Source: Gordius albopunctatus
Taxonomy: Eukaryota
DNA: 64,000 bases
Reading direction: 5' to 3'
Assembly (NCBI GenBank): GCA_964276515.1
Contig: OZ193909.1
Span: 11,036,001-11,100,000, forward strand
The notes beneath the pieces were generated by a model. It ran no database searches, was not told the DNA's origin, and saw only the letters and a program-made list of their open reading frames with translations. The first letter of the stretch is position 1. Every line of letters starts with the position of its first letter. Shown piece by piece: positions 51,453 to 64,000 of the stretch. The position numbers and the translations under genes are program-made.

Positions 51453-54400
51453 TCATTTTTTTAATTGCATCCTGTACAGCTGTATCTTTTCCTTAATTTT
51501 TCGTTTTTCGTCGTCATTGGCATATATTTTTGATATATCCTCTAATTTTTCTATACTCTTCTGTTGGTAAGCCATTTCACATGCTTTATCTACCAACCCA
51601 ACTTTTAAGTAGTATTGTACCTATTTACATGTAACGTGCGTATTTTAAATTTAAATAAATCATCGTACTTTGTTCTCATTTTCTACGCGGGTTATGTACT
51701 TCATGGCCTGATCGTTTGCTCCATTTTTAAGGCAGACATCGACGAAGGGTTCGTAACCTATCGGAGATTTTTTTAGGTTTGAAAATCGTTCGAGCTCGGT
51801 CCATTCCTTAATTTCCCCCAAAACTCCTATTTTTAGCCACCAATACCTATAACCATATCAATGTTAAATGAAAGCCTAAAACAGTTACTGTTTATCTGAC
51901 ATCTTAAACTCTTTTTTCAGATCATCGCAGATTTTATACTCTTTATGCTTTACCAGGAGGCTCATGGTGTCATAAAGTGAACCCTTTTCGCAAATAATTC
52001 CCATACCCTTAAATTGGTTTTGATATTTCAAAAGTTTTATATGTTCCACGGTTTGTTTGGTAAGAAAGTCTTGAGATGAACTTTGGAAACATTGTGCGAT
52101 AACCTTAGATAAACATTACATTTATGTTGCGAATCAAAAATTTTATAAGAGCATTATGTAGTATATTTTACTTGATAATGTTCCATTTTTTGGGACAAAG
52201 AAGTTCCATCCGTATTTTTGTTTAATAACGTAGAAGCCATGGCCTGGTAATTTTTTAATCGTGTATAATATTTCAATTGGTTTTGTAGTATTTGTTCGTG
52301 AGAAAAAGTTATCGTTTTTTTGTTACTGTTTTGCTTCAATGGTGTTCCAGAATTAGGAGATAAGAAATAATGGCAAAATCGCGGATATAATTTTTTTGCA
52401 GCTTCCGGTCCCTCCTCGATGATTTCTATAGTTTTATCGTTTACATTCAACGAATCGAGCATTTTTTCTTTGCGATTCGAATGAACAAGCCTCAAAAAGA
52501 CCAAAAAAATTAACTCTGGATCAGGTACAATTAATGCTGAAGTTTTTAGGCGAGTTGTGCCAATATCATCCGTTCTGTTGCTGGTGGCACTAACCATGCA
52601 AGCTTGCTTCAATGCTTCGGAAATTTTACCCATCCTTACCAAGAGATTGACCCTATCTTTCAAGTTTGTTTCATACTCTAAGAGATGTCCCGCCAACTCC
52701 GGTCTCCCAGCTTCTAAAGCATGACAAGCTATTTCGCTGTAACGAATCCCAGGTGAGGGACCCAACTTTGAAGATATTATTGTAGAAAGTTCGCGATCAT
52801 TTAATTGAAGTTGTCCAGCCTGAGGGATAAATAGTATTTAATATTGTAAAATTGAATATAATTTCGATCCGGGGCTATATACCGGCTCATTAATTTAATA
52901 TATTCTGGCATGTATTTTATAATCATTTGTAAAAACGTGTATGAAAAAGGTAAATTATGTTTTAAGTTTTATACCTTATAACAAGCCCAATTACTAAGAA
53001 CTCTGCTGGTGGACGCAGCATCCTTATTCGAGTTACCGGTATATTCACTAATTTCGACGGCCAATGCGAACTGGCGCCGATTTATGAGTCTCGTTAGGAT
53101 TATTTCCAAGCCCCATTGGTCGCCGCCTTCCTTCGCATGGTTGGGTAATGTTTGGGACCCCATGTACTGATTGAAGGTCAACGGGACGGATACGGTATCG
53201 CTGTGGCGAATCGCATTAAGGACTCGTATCAATTGAATGATCCGGGTTAAATCGACTATTTTAGCGTCACACGGCGAATTGAAGACATCCTTTAGCAAAG
53301 CTCGCCCGAAAGAGAGAGCTCGGAGGAGCATTTTTTGCTTAGGGACGTCGAATTCTTGTAAAGCCGCGTCGAGGCAAGTTTCGAAGGCGGTCTTTAGGGA
53401 TTGACCGCTGCAACAACGTAAAGTGCTCAAATATTCGTCGGCACGTTTGGTGTCGTTAGCCTCGAACATAGCTTGCGAAGCGTCAACGACTAAAGCAGCC
53501 GGGCACACGCTGCCTATCCTAAAAATCTGGGTAACGCTGGAGGGCACCATTTGGAGAAAGATGTTGGTGTAGCGAGTTAAAATGCGGCACCCATCGAGTT
53601 CGGAGATGATTGCATAGGTGGGAGGAGAAATGTCATGCTCACTCTCTAAACTCACGGGTATTACACTACACGCTTTCATATCTTTATCATCACCCATTTG
53701 AGGTGGCCAGCATAAAAGGTTCAAGTGAGTGGCGCGTTGATTAGTAATCACGAGAGCGTAATTTCCGCACCAATTTATCTGGAGCGGAGTAGCGTTGCCG
53801 TTGGATCCTATGGCTGAAAAAATATTGTAAAATTTGGTCCACATTGTGCAAATCATCCATAAATTATTATGGAATGTCCTTTTTCAATGTGCGATAAACC
53901 TGCGAAGGTATTGCCCCTTAACCCAGTAGTCTTATAAAAATTCCCAAACAAAACGTTTAGTTAATGAAGCATAAATTTTGCACATATTAAATAATAAAAA
54001 TAAAATATGATTTTGTAAAAACTAGAGCTGTCTAGGTTTAATTTATTTGTTCAATAAAATAATTTTGCAAAAGTAACTAGTTCAAATTCGTTTTAAAAAC
54101 AAAGAATTATTTTATGTTTAAGCCCTAATTTTACAAAAGTAACGCGTTTAAGTCCATTTAATTTAAAATGTCATGATTAACAAATTTATCTTTATGTGCC
54201 AAAAATTAATATTTAATTTTAACATTAAAAAATTTATTGTGATGAGTTTTATCGTAAATTCTAATTAAATATTTGAATTTAAAATAGTCTACCCTAATTT
54301 AGTTTTTACCTTAATTAAAACTGGAAAATTAGGCCGATATCATTTGAGCGCTAATTCAACGAGTCCGTAATTTTGTTGGGGATGTTAGGAAATATTTAAA

Positions 54401-57400
54401 AATAGTTGAATGTTGAATTGATAAACATTATAACGCGATAATTTAATTTCAAATGTCGCTATTTCTTAACCTTGTCGCCTTAAATTTAATTTTAAAAAAG
54501 TTAAAATGAAAACAACCAATGTTAATGTTCTCTTATGCTGATAGATAGTAATATCGTGATGATAATAACGTGTAAAGACAAGCGTAGACAGGGAGAAATT
54601 CTTTAAAGTTTAATATAAATATGGCTAAAATTTAAAAAAATTATCGTTTCGCCCCTCTCTAAATCATTATTGCCCCCCCCCTCTAATTCAAATTCTAGCT
54701 ACCCCCATGCATGTCTAAGAATATGGAAGAAATTGGCTAAAAAAAGTAAAAAGCAGCAAAAATTACAAATATTTTCATATTGCTTGGTCAAAGGTTGGAT
54801 TGAATCATCGCTCAGGTTAAATTCCTCCATACTGTTATTATTAAGATCACATTCTGCGATTTTGATCAACGTCGGGAGTCCATTAACTTCATCGTTGAAG
54901 GATATCATACCGATCCATAAAACTTTAGTGTCGGTCAAAATGAAAACTTTGCTTTGATCCACACTAAGTTTACAGGCGAGGAAGGATTTATATTCTTTCG
55001 AGACCGAGATATAAACTTTTTCCTTGTGTCCCAATCGATTGTACATATAAAAACCATTCTCACGGGCGATTAGGAGATTTGGGTTATTGTTCTGTATAAT
55101 TTCAGGGCATAAATTAAGTAATATCGCAAATGGGAAAAATAAATAAAATTGCAATTTATTAGTAGAAGCTGAAAAGCATATTATTAATTTCTTTTTTGGC
55201 ATCGATCCTGATTATGTATGGCTTAAATGTATGATCAACGTTTTAATGCTAAGTTAATAAATTTAAAGAAATTAAAAAACTATGTTTGGCCACTGAGCGT
55301 GGGACTTTGGGCTAAATTTGAGAGTGACGTGAATGAATAATCTTTTTACACACCCCATCAAGCAGGATGTGCCACAGAGGAATTTCGTCATTATCGGGGA
55401 TGAAAGAGGAGGAACTGTGGCGGCTACACGGTATCATAGAAGCTTGGGAGAGGGAGGGTGAATTTGTGGCGGATTCGAAAAAGGGTTCCAACCTAACGTT
55501 CTCCTGCTCAAGGTTCATGGTAAAGTAAAGCTTATTTTGCAGGGTTTGGGAAGAGGACTGGTAATTGTTGCTGCTTATTTGAACGAACACGGCCATCGCT
55601 GTTTGAGTAGTTAGGGCGGCTGCCGATTTTAATGATGGCCCTAGCCTAGTTTTAACCTTAATGCCATGGTTCGGACTTTCTTTGCGTACATAATGTGTGA
55701 AGCAACAATCAATAATTTTGGCTGTGGAATTAGCGCTGCCCTTAGCGTTAGGGGTGTGTAGGATGTTCGAAAAATTGAAGCTCCTCTTGAAATTTCCCAA
55801 CATATCGTAAATCAGGAGTGTACCATCTTCCTGCACACAAACTAAATTTTCACTCTCCAACGAAGTCCACCCCATAAATATAATTTTACCATTGTTCCAT
55901 CTTCGCGAGAGATCAAATTAAAATATATGCAGGGTAAATAAAACATAATTTTTTGCACGTAAGCTTGATAATAAGCTTTCTTAAATAAGAACTTTGTTTA
56001 ATTAAAGGTTTTATAGAATATATAAATGAACGCCTAAGCACGATTCTTTGGTTGCTAAAGATTAGGAAAAATTTATTAAAAAACTTAATTATGTACAGTA
56101 ATCCTTATATTAAAGATGCTGCAACAATTTTCAATTAATTAGAATAATTAAAAAAAATGTTATTGCTATAATTCCATTCATTATTAAATATAGATCGGTG
56201 ATTTGAATTGAATACACACGATGCTAATAGACCAATCAAGCTTTTCTTGTTATTGTACCTTCGCGCAGATATTATAATTAAAATAAAAACAGGACGACTT
56301 TCTAAAATAATTTTAACAATAAAACGATCATTTTTAAAACTTCCATTTTATAACACATTAATGCTAAAATTTTAGGAATAAAATGTAAAAGTAGGTGAAT
56401 ATGTTTTTCTTTTATATATTTTTACAGCCTAATTTTGGGTTTGACTCCGGTAAAAATTAGATTCACAATCAGGGACGGGATAAGCTTTTATGAGGTTTAT
56501 TTGTCATATGCAAATTATGAGAAAAATTAAGTATTAAAGTATGACTTTCTAAAATAGTAAAGATATGATTAAAATAACACACATATATATAAACAGTATA
56601 TTTATTATGTGTAACGTTGCTTGCTAAGCGCTTGGGCCTTTCTAGGTCCGAAAGACAGAGTTTCAATAATTTTATGCAAACAGATACAAATATCCGATTA
56701 ATAATATAGTTTAGATTCTACCTTTTTACGTTAATTGTAATCTAACAAATTAGCATTATAAGTATGACAATTTATCCAAGGGAAGGGGGCGAGAAATTCC
56801 CCGCTCCCTCTTTTCTTTTGATTAATAAATTATGAAATGAATTAAAAGTATTGCATAAAGACTAAGACACATATAGATACTTTAAAATCTGTGCAAATTA
56901 AATTATCGACAACAAAAAGCATTTATTCATTAGTTTCCCTTTTCCCAATTCATTTACCAATCTTCCCCAGAATATGATATGGCGCTCGCAAACCTAGTAA
57001 GTAGCAATTTAATAAATTACAGGGTTAGTTCTCTTCGGCAATTTGATCACTTGATTTCCCTTTCATATCTCAATTAATATAACAATTGCAGAAAAAGGAT
57101 TTTGACATTCAACAGGTGATTCCACTAGCCGATTGCATTGTAACACAGATAAAATTTATAAGAAACAGTGTTGACGAACAGATTATTTATTAGCGAAAGC
57201 TTATTATGACAAGAGGCAGATCTTTGTACTATTTAACTAAAACCATCAAGGTTTATTTGAATTTTTATCTCCTTGATCGAATCCTTTATTATACAAGTTC
57301 ATGAACGGTTCTTGAAATCGTGTTTCCGCAGTATCCGTCAATTCTAAGGAAATTTTTTGGCTGAATTTTATTGAAGTGATTCAAATAATATAAAATTTGT

Positions 57401-58548
57401 CGCAAACCTAAGAGTTCTGTCGTCCCAAAAATGCTCAAAGAGCCTCGAAATAATGATTTTTTTTAATATTTAGCAGAAATTTCGTTTATCAAAAATTATA
57501 AATTTAAACCACGTTTATTAAATGTCATATAATCAAATTAAAAAATGACAAAATAATACACTATATAAAAAATCTTGTTTTATGATGCACGCGCGAAATT
57601 TTAGCCATCATTTTGATAAATTTCAACACTGTTTTGATTTAGAGGGCCAGCTGCCCCTCCCTTGGCTATGCCCATGCGCGAGTCCATCAGAAAATCGAAT
57701 TTTACGGCAATGACCCGGCCCTTTAATCACCTCTCATCTTTATTAGATTATAAAAAAAATAAAAAAAATTGAAACTTTTTTTGCCAACCTCGATAAAATT
57801 CTGGCTATGCACCTGGTAACTCATAAATTTATCTTTGTGTTCTGAGTACAGTTTAAAATTTTACCTATTATAATTCTCACACAAATAATGTAATTAAAGT
57901 CTATGAGTAAAAAATGAACATAAACTTCCAAAGGGTTGTGCATTAAAAGTTGCAATAAAAGTTGGGCCAACTGTAATAGATTTTAAACTTAAATTTTAAT
58001 CTGTCACTGCCACTCAAACCTATAATAAGTTTATAAATATAGTTAAGTTATTCAAGCAGTGCAATAATTTAATAACTTTATCTATTTTACTAAATTGTTT
58101 CATAATGAATTAATTATTATATTAAATTAATATATGAAAACAAATAGTTATATAAAATACTGTCATCTTATTTATGTGATTTTTATATAATTAATAATCA
58201 AACATATATTGCAATATTTCTTACTTAATATTTTATTAAAATATAACTCACGTAATGGTACTCAGCTCCTTCCCAGATTGATTAAAAATATGTATTATAG
58301 GCTTCAATCCTGAAATTTGATATTTAAGAATCCTTTTATCATCTCTTATTACAGCTATAGGGCCACCACATGATGCTGAAATTATAATGTAATTCGACAC
58401 ATCCATCATTTCAGACCAATTCATTGTGTAGAGAGCAATTTTTCTATAAAATACAAATGGAGTCATCATGCAGATTTAAAAAAAGATGTTAAACAAAATA
58501 CCTGAAAAATGTTTCAGAATCAAATGGTACCCAATCAGCTGTTAACAT
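51453..58548 (-). CDS. VPS16: Vacuolar protein sorting-associated protein 16 (HOPS/CORVET core), 9 exons, ~1052 aa
   Basis: Exons (minus): 58502-58548, 58252-58443, 55354-55900, 54767-55091, 52975-53813, 52172-52819, 51889-52103, 51669-51846, 51453-51620 (3159 nt, in frame). Motifs MLTADW.P, ASCGGPIAVIRD, ELDGCRI, QKMLLRALSFGR, IRVLNAIR, GIRYSEIA, KKSPIGYEPFV. Confidence 0.95.
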
Positions 58549-58879
58549 TTGAAAAATTTTACTTTAATTGCAAATACGGTACAAAATCATTTCCATTGTT
58601 GTAAGCTAAACAATATTTTAGCGCATTGAGCCGCTTTGTACAAGCAAAAAAAAAATATATCAATAACCATATTAAATAAAAATTAGTAATTATTTTACTA
58701 CATTGCATTCTAAAATATTCCCCAAGCAATAAATATCCTCTATAGGAGGGACGCAAACTTCATCGAGCGCCATCAAAATATAGGAGACAAGAAAATGTTT
58801 TACAAATATTGTATTGTGTATACTACTTGATACTAGGTAATGTTAATTCTTATAACTCTGCAGAACGTTTGATTCCAAC

Positions 58880-59838
58880 CAAGGGCGTAGCCAGGATTTG
58901 CTAGAGGGGGGGGGGTTTAAAATTTTTGAAGCCATATTTTTTTTGGAAGTAATTTTATTTTCGACATATATTATTGAAAGTAAAGTAAAATAACAACAAA
59001 AATAAATCATAATATAACAAAATATTTAAAAACTATAAACAATTAATATCGACGTTTTTTAGATAAAAATGCATTAATAATATCTTCTGTTTTGGGGGTA
59101 TATTGTCTATGTACATTTAACAAGGTTAATCCAGTAAGCCTAAATTAAAAATTAGTAAAACCATTTAATTTACCTTTCTTGTCCCATTGTGTTCCTGAGG
59201 TAAGTTTTTAGTCTTTTTAAAGCTGAAAAACATCTCTCATTAGAGAGAGCATGTTGTAACGGGGAGTGTGGCTAAAATATGGTATAATGTTTTTATATTT
59301 GGATGTAGTAATTTTAATTTGGACGCATGATTGGTTAATGTTTCCAATGCATTGGTAGGCAAATATTCTAATTCACAGTCCTTGAACGACTGATACCACA
59401 ATTCAATATCCGATTTGAATTGTTCTTGAGAGCCGTCAAGATCTTCTTCATAAAAATTTGCCAATTGAAGAAAGTTATTTAATATCTCTGTTGAGAGCAT
59501 GACAGGGGACTTAATTAGAAGTGAATCAAATCCCAACAGTATTTGCTTGTTTTTTAGAAACCTTTCATCACATAATAAGGCGTGGAACTTAAATTTACAA
59601 ATAAGATCAGTTTGGAAGCTTTTAATCAAAAATACAAATTCCGAAATTCAAAATTTATTAACTTGTCGACTTAATTTTTTAACATATATATATAAATATA
59701 AACGCAGCACTTGACACTAGCTAAATTAATTATAATTATGATTATCAATAATTTTGTGTTGTGTTTTGAAAAAAAATAATAGCCAGGAGGAGGGGGGAGG
59801 TTCAAACCCGAAACCCCCCCCCCTTTCCTACGCGCTTG
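58880..59838 (-). mobile_element. Internally deleted hAT transposon retaining the transposase C-terminus
   Basis: TIR CAAGGGCGTAG / CTACGCGCTTG; 8-bp TSD ATTCCAAC; HPNIKTLYHILATLPVTTCS...ERCFSALKRLKTYLRNTMGQERLTGLTLLNVH. Confidence 0.92.
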
Positions 59839-60268
59839 ATTCCAACCTTCAGCTATGTTATTATCATGTCATAGTAGAACATTTCCCACAAGGTAATCAA
59901 TTAGTTACATATACATGTATTTTCAAGTGTATGATTTAATTTCTGATATATACATAAAATTTATTTCTTGTTTTATAAATACTTATTAAGTAACAAGTTA
60001 GTCAAGCTATTTCTTTTTTAAATGTAACAGCTTTAATTTCAGTGTAACTGTAACAGTGCAGAAGATTTTTAGATAACTCTTAAGTAAAGTTTCTTACTGA
60101 TTTCAATTATAAAAGGCAAATGATTTGTATACTAATATTTTAATAAGTGATTTTAACTTTATTCATCAGTAATGAAAGATAATTATTATTAGAATAGATT
60201 TGCTAAACACATCCATGAACATTAAAAACAAGTGAAAGTAGGGATTATTTTTCACTCCTATCCTTTAA

Positions 60269-61754
60269 CCCTCCATCGTACCTATGGGGTCTGACAGACC
60301 CCACGGAAGTTATAATTTAACATCACTTAAACAGTTTAAGATTTAGAGATCTGGTTTTTTTAGAGTTTTCCTAAATATACAAAAGCTACATTCCCTGAAA
60401 ATTTCATTCGATTTACTCCAATACTTTTTGGGATATAAGCGTTTGGAGTTCAATAGACCCCATAAGGCAAGTTAAGAAAGTTTTTTTGCTTTGGCCAAAA
60501 ATTTTTTTTCATTTTTTTACTTAAAAATAGTAATTTAAATATGTATATAACATTTGAAATGAATATCGCTACTCAAAATTTTAATTATTGACAATTATTG
60601 ATGTTCATGTGGAGCTATTTTTAGTAATTTTTGTAATCAGCTGTTATGAGTTGGCCAAGCATCTTTTGGCAAATCATTCCCTAACAATGGTGGGAACTCT
60701 AAAAAAAATAAAAGGCAAATTCCACCAAATTTTGGCCAAGCTAAAGATGCAAAAGTTTTATCAAGTAATTTTCTTTTCCAAGAAAATCTAACATTAGTAT
60801 CTTACATTCCGAAAAAAACAAGCAGGTGATGTTGCTGTCATCTCTCCATTATGACCAAAAAATTGACCCAGAATCTGGGACTGCTCAAAAACCAGAAATA
60901 ATCACCTTTTACAACATGACTAAAGGGGGAGTTGATATAGTGGATCAACTTTGTGCATCCTATAATGTTGCAAGGGTGTCCAATCGCTGGCCCCTTACTG
61001 TTTTTTTCACCTTACTAAATATCGCAACCATAAATTCTATGCTAGTTTATTAGTTTAACCATCAAATTCGCATGTCAAGGCAAAAATTTATAAAAATGTT
61101 GACCAGAGAACTCTCCAAAATACATATGGTAAACAGGTTGAATAACAAACAGCTCCATAAAGATACAAGGGAATTCATTAAACGATTGTACAACGTTGAA
61201 GAGAATCCCGAACCAAGATCTGATAAAAAACGAAGATGTTCCAGTTGCCCCCGCAACCGAGATGTAAAAACAAGATTTTTGTGCAATTCTTGTCAAAACC
61301 CGCTCTGTTCTAGTCACATTGTAATGTTGTGTGAAAAATGCAGTGAAAAAAACGAAAAATAAAACACCTATTTTTAAAGTCTTCTATTTTTTTTCTGTAT
61401 AATCATTTTTTCGTGAAATTATGTTTTTTATATTTTTTAAACATTCTTTTAATAAAAAACATTTACTTTTTATATTTTTGACTAATTGTTTAGAATCTGT
61501 GACAAAAATAAAACATGTCACTTTATATTTTATGAATTTTCTTCATGTTTAGTAAATTGCATATAATTTTTAAATTAATATTTATAATCAAAATTTTTTT
61601 TTCTACAAACCTACAAGAGGCTTTAATAAACTTATATTTAAAATTAGAGAACTTTTTCTTTAGTGGTATTAAAGCTACGATCATTTTAAGATTGGGGTCT
61701 ATTAGACCCCATAAGTCATTCTGGGAGAGTAATTTCTATAGGTACGATGGAGGG
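60269..61754 (+). mobile_element. Internally deleted piggyBac with disrupted transposase C-terminal half
   Basis: TTAA TSDs; perfect 17-bp TIR CCCTCCATCGTACCTAT; motifs VGTLKK, KPEIITFYNMTKGGVDIVDQ, RWPLTVFF and the C-terminal Cys-rich domain (CSSC...CNSC...CSSH...CEKC); stops and frameshifts present. Confidence 0.95.
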
Positions 61755-62018
61755 TTAATTTATAAAAAAATAAAAAACATTATCATTAAAAATTTAATTA
61801 TATATTGCTTACTAAATCTCTTTATAAAATATTAAAACAATAATATAATATGTTTTATTGTATAAAGCTAACAATTTATATAAATTTGTTCCAGATTTTA
61901 TAAATTCTTACAAATTAAATATGATTCATGTACAACTAGATATTAAACATTGCACCCAAATCTGTCTTCTCGAATTAATTGATTGAAAGTACATAATATT
62001 GTTGGGGTTGTGAAACTT

Positions 62019-62172
62019 GGTGACCCGTCAACTTGCCGAAAATAATCTCGCCGAATTCACCTGGGACATTTTGTGATTGGTTGAATGAGGGGCGATTTTA
62101 AATTAGGGGACCTTTTTTAACCGGGGGACATTAAATTCCGTGAGATGCTTTTCTTCGAGTTGATAGGGCACC
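62019..62172. mobile_element. Mutator-like MITE
   Basis: GGTGACCCGTCAACT / AGTTGATAGGGCACC; approximate 9-bp TSD GTGAAACTT / ATAAAACTT. Confidence 0.6.
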
Positions 62173-63072
62173 ATAAAACTTTAAAACTAAAAGCATAGGA
62201 AAATTTTAAAATCGTAGCAATAGCATTATCGTAGTTTCTGTATACCTGTACTATTGTGACATCCAGTCAAATAGGCCCTCATACACATCTCTAAAGATGT
62301 AGACTCTCACTTGTCTTAACCAGAGTAAACGTTAAGAAAAAACAACTGTAGTTTCGAGATTCTGCCTTTTCGGAATTTAGCCTATATCCTAGATAGGACT
62401 CTATATATTTTTTCGGAAGATTCAATATTTGAGGCTAGACACTCTGGTTGATTTTTTTTAAATAAAATTTTAAAGATTTTTAGAGTTATGAGATTTAATA
62501 TTAATTGTCATTATCTGTTTTTATTTATTTATTATGAGGGTGAGCGTTAATATTCTCAATCTTTGTTATACGTTTAATAACACTTTGGTATCTAGGGTCC
62601 ATCTCAATTTATATGAATTTATTGGAAAAAAATTTCGAATGCCTTTATAGCGTTCAAATAGTTCTTAATTATATTTCCTATAATGAGGTTCTCAATATTT
62701 CACTATGGGAAACGAGTAGATGCTTTAGGTTGTCAAAGTAGTTAAGAGTGGACTCACTAATGATTTTCAAGCTTGTACAGGAAATAAAAATTATCAAATA
62801 AGTATTCACATGAAAAAAATAAGTTGTAAGGCTGCCGCGACGCTATAAGTTTCAGGTTGATAATAATTTATTTGTTTATTTCCAAACAATAAAGTTCCTT
62901 TTTAAGTTAAAAGACCTTCACCTAAGTGTAAATGAAGTCAAAAGCAGTATGGTTCCGATATTACAAAGAAGATGCAAGTCGAAGGTTAACAGAAGATAGT
63001 TAGTCTTTAACCTTCTTTCCTCCCGATTTAATTTCCCCTACGTGTGTGTTATTCCTTCCTCATATATTATTA

Positions 63073-63360
63073 CTAGATGAACCCGGCAAACGTTGTTTTG
63101 CCATTTACCCGCCCCCCCCCAAGGGAAAAATCTTTGCCCCCCTGGCCCTAGAAGCAATTTTTTTAAAATTTTTTGTAATTAAAAAACAGTATCATAATTA
63201 TAATTATTTGTTTCTGAATAAGACTTTTAATTCTGAACTTAATAATGTCCGAAGAACTGAGATATATCAAAATTTATTGGCACTTTGTTAAAAGTATTTT
63301 CCTTTTTCTCCTTATTTAACGCGCAAAAAATGACAAAATTAGATTTTTTAATTTATTTAG
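63073..63360 (-). mobile_element. Probable Helitron 3' end
   Basis: A|CTAGATGAACCCGGCAAACGTTGTTTTGCC, i.e. hairpin plus CTAG terminus on the minus strand; other end uncertain. Confidence 0.5.
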
Positions 63361-63369
63361 CCACGCAGG

Positions 63370-64000
63370 AGGGGACACGACCGTCCTATAATAATACTAA
63401 TTGAGGTGAATCTGTCTCTTTTGGGTACTTTAGATGGTCATCTAGGGATGTAATGCCTGTCAAGTTTATCTCCATGTATAACATATTTCAATCGTTGCCC
63501 TTTAAACCATTCCAGCTTATCGTTTTTAATACTTTTCGACTTCTTCAAATACTTTCCCCTTTGTCTCTTCGCATAGTATTATGTACTATAGCATCGGGCT
63601 ATAGCATACATCAAGGAGATGGCTTTGACTTTTGGGTGTCTCTCATTATCTGCTAATGTTTATGTTGAATAATAGGGGACTTAGATATGAACCTTGATGT
63701 AATCCAATTTTAAATTGAAAAGATTTAAAGTCTCCAGCTGTCGCCTAATACACGAATTTGAGGCTCCATAAATATTTTTCATAAGCCGTTTTTTCAAGCA
63801 CCACATATTAAATCGCGAGGAACAGTGTCATAATTTTACAAGTAGATAAAGACCATATGTAGGGTTCTTCTCTTTTCTCCCTATTATCCATCCTCTTAGT
63901 ACAAAGATCGGGTCAATTGTGGACTTCCACTGATCTGAATTGGTTAGCCGATATTTCCACTTCCTTTTTCAGCCATGTTACTAAGATCTTTTCCATATGT
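63370..64000 (-). mobile_element. Degenerate RTE LINE fragment (RT region), runs off the window
   Basis: Reverse complement is colinear with ~27540-28090 ('gtggaaatatcggctaa', 'tccacaattgacccgatctt', 'tgacac...cgcgatttaat'). Confidence 0.85.

Larger units (their letters stand above)
59945..62389. mobile_element. Deleted, inverted relative of the 30504-36758 element
   Basis: Reverse-complement matches to 35380-35770, 30840-30950 and 30504-30620, including the TIR ...TTTCGGAATTTAGCCTATATCC. Confidence 0.7.

Overview
AT-rich, repeat-dense animal (invertebrate-like) genomic DNA. It holds four intron-rich host genes, reconstructed by hand: PDAP1 (+, 1501-7078), HAP40/F8A (-, 16436-19947, almost invisible in the ORF track), cohesin SA/STAG (+, ~39653-51396) and VPS16 (-, 51453-58548). 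Many introns are only 34-48 nt. The rest is layered transposon debris: hAT, Tc1/mariner, piggyBac and Mutator-like non-autonomous elements, Helitrons, RTE and CRE-like LINEs, and a TRIM-like LTR element. The standout is a ~3.05 kb retroelement (23182-26226, - strand) with two intact overlapping ORFs: a gag/core-like protein and an RT-RNase H with mixed DIRS and hepadnavirus-like motifs. It has no integrase, tyrosine recombinase or endonuclease, carries a perfect 48-bp direct repeat and ends in a palindrome. It is fused head-to-head to a 5'-truncated RTE LINE. The pair sits as one insertion without a target-site duplication in a Helitron whose empty site is visible elsewhere in the window, suggesting an integrase-less, possibly episomal or virus-like retroelement captured during LINE integration. 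All homology calls come from motif recognition by eye, not database searches.
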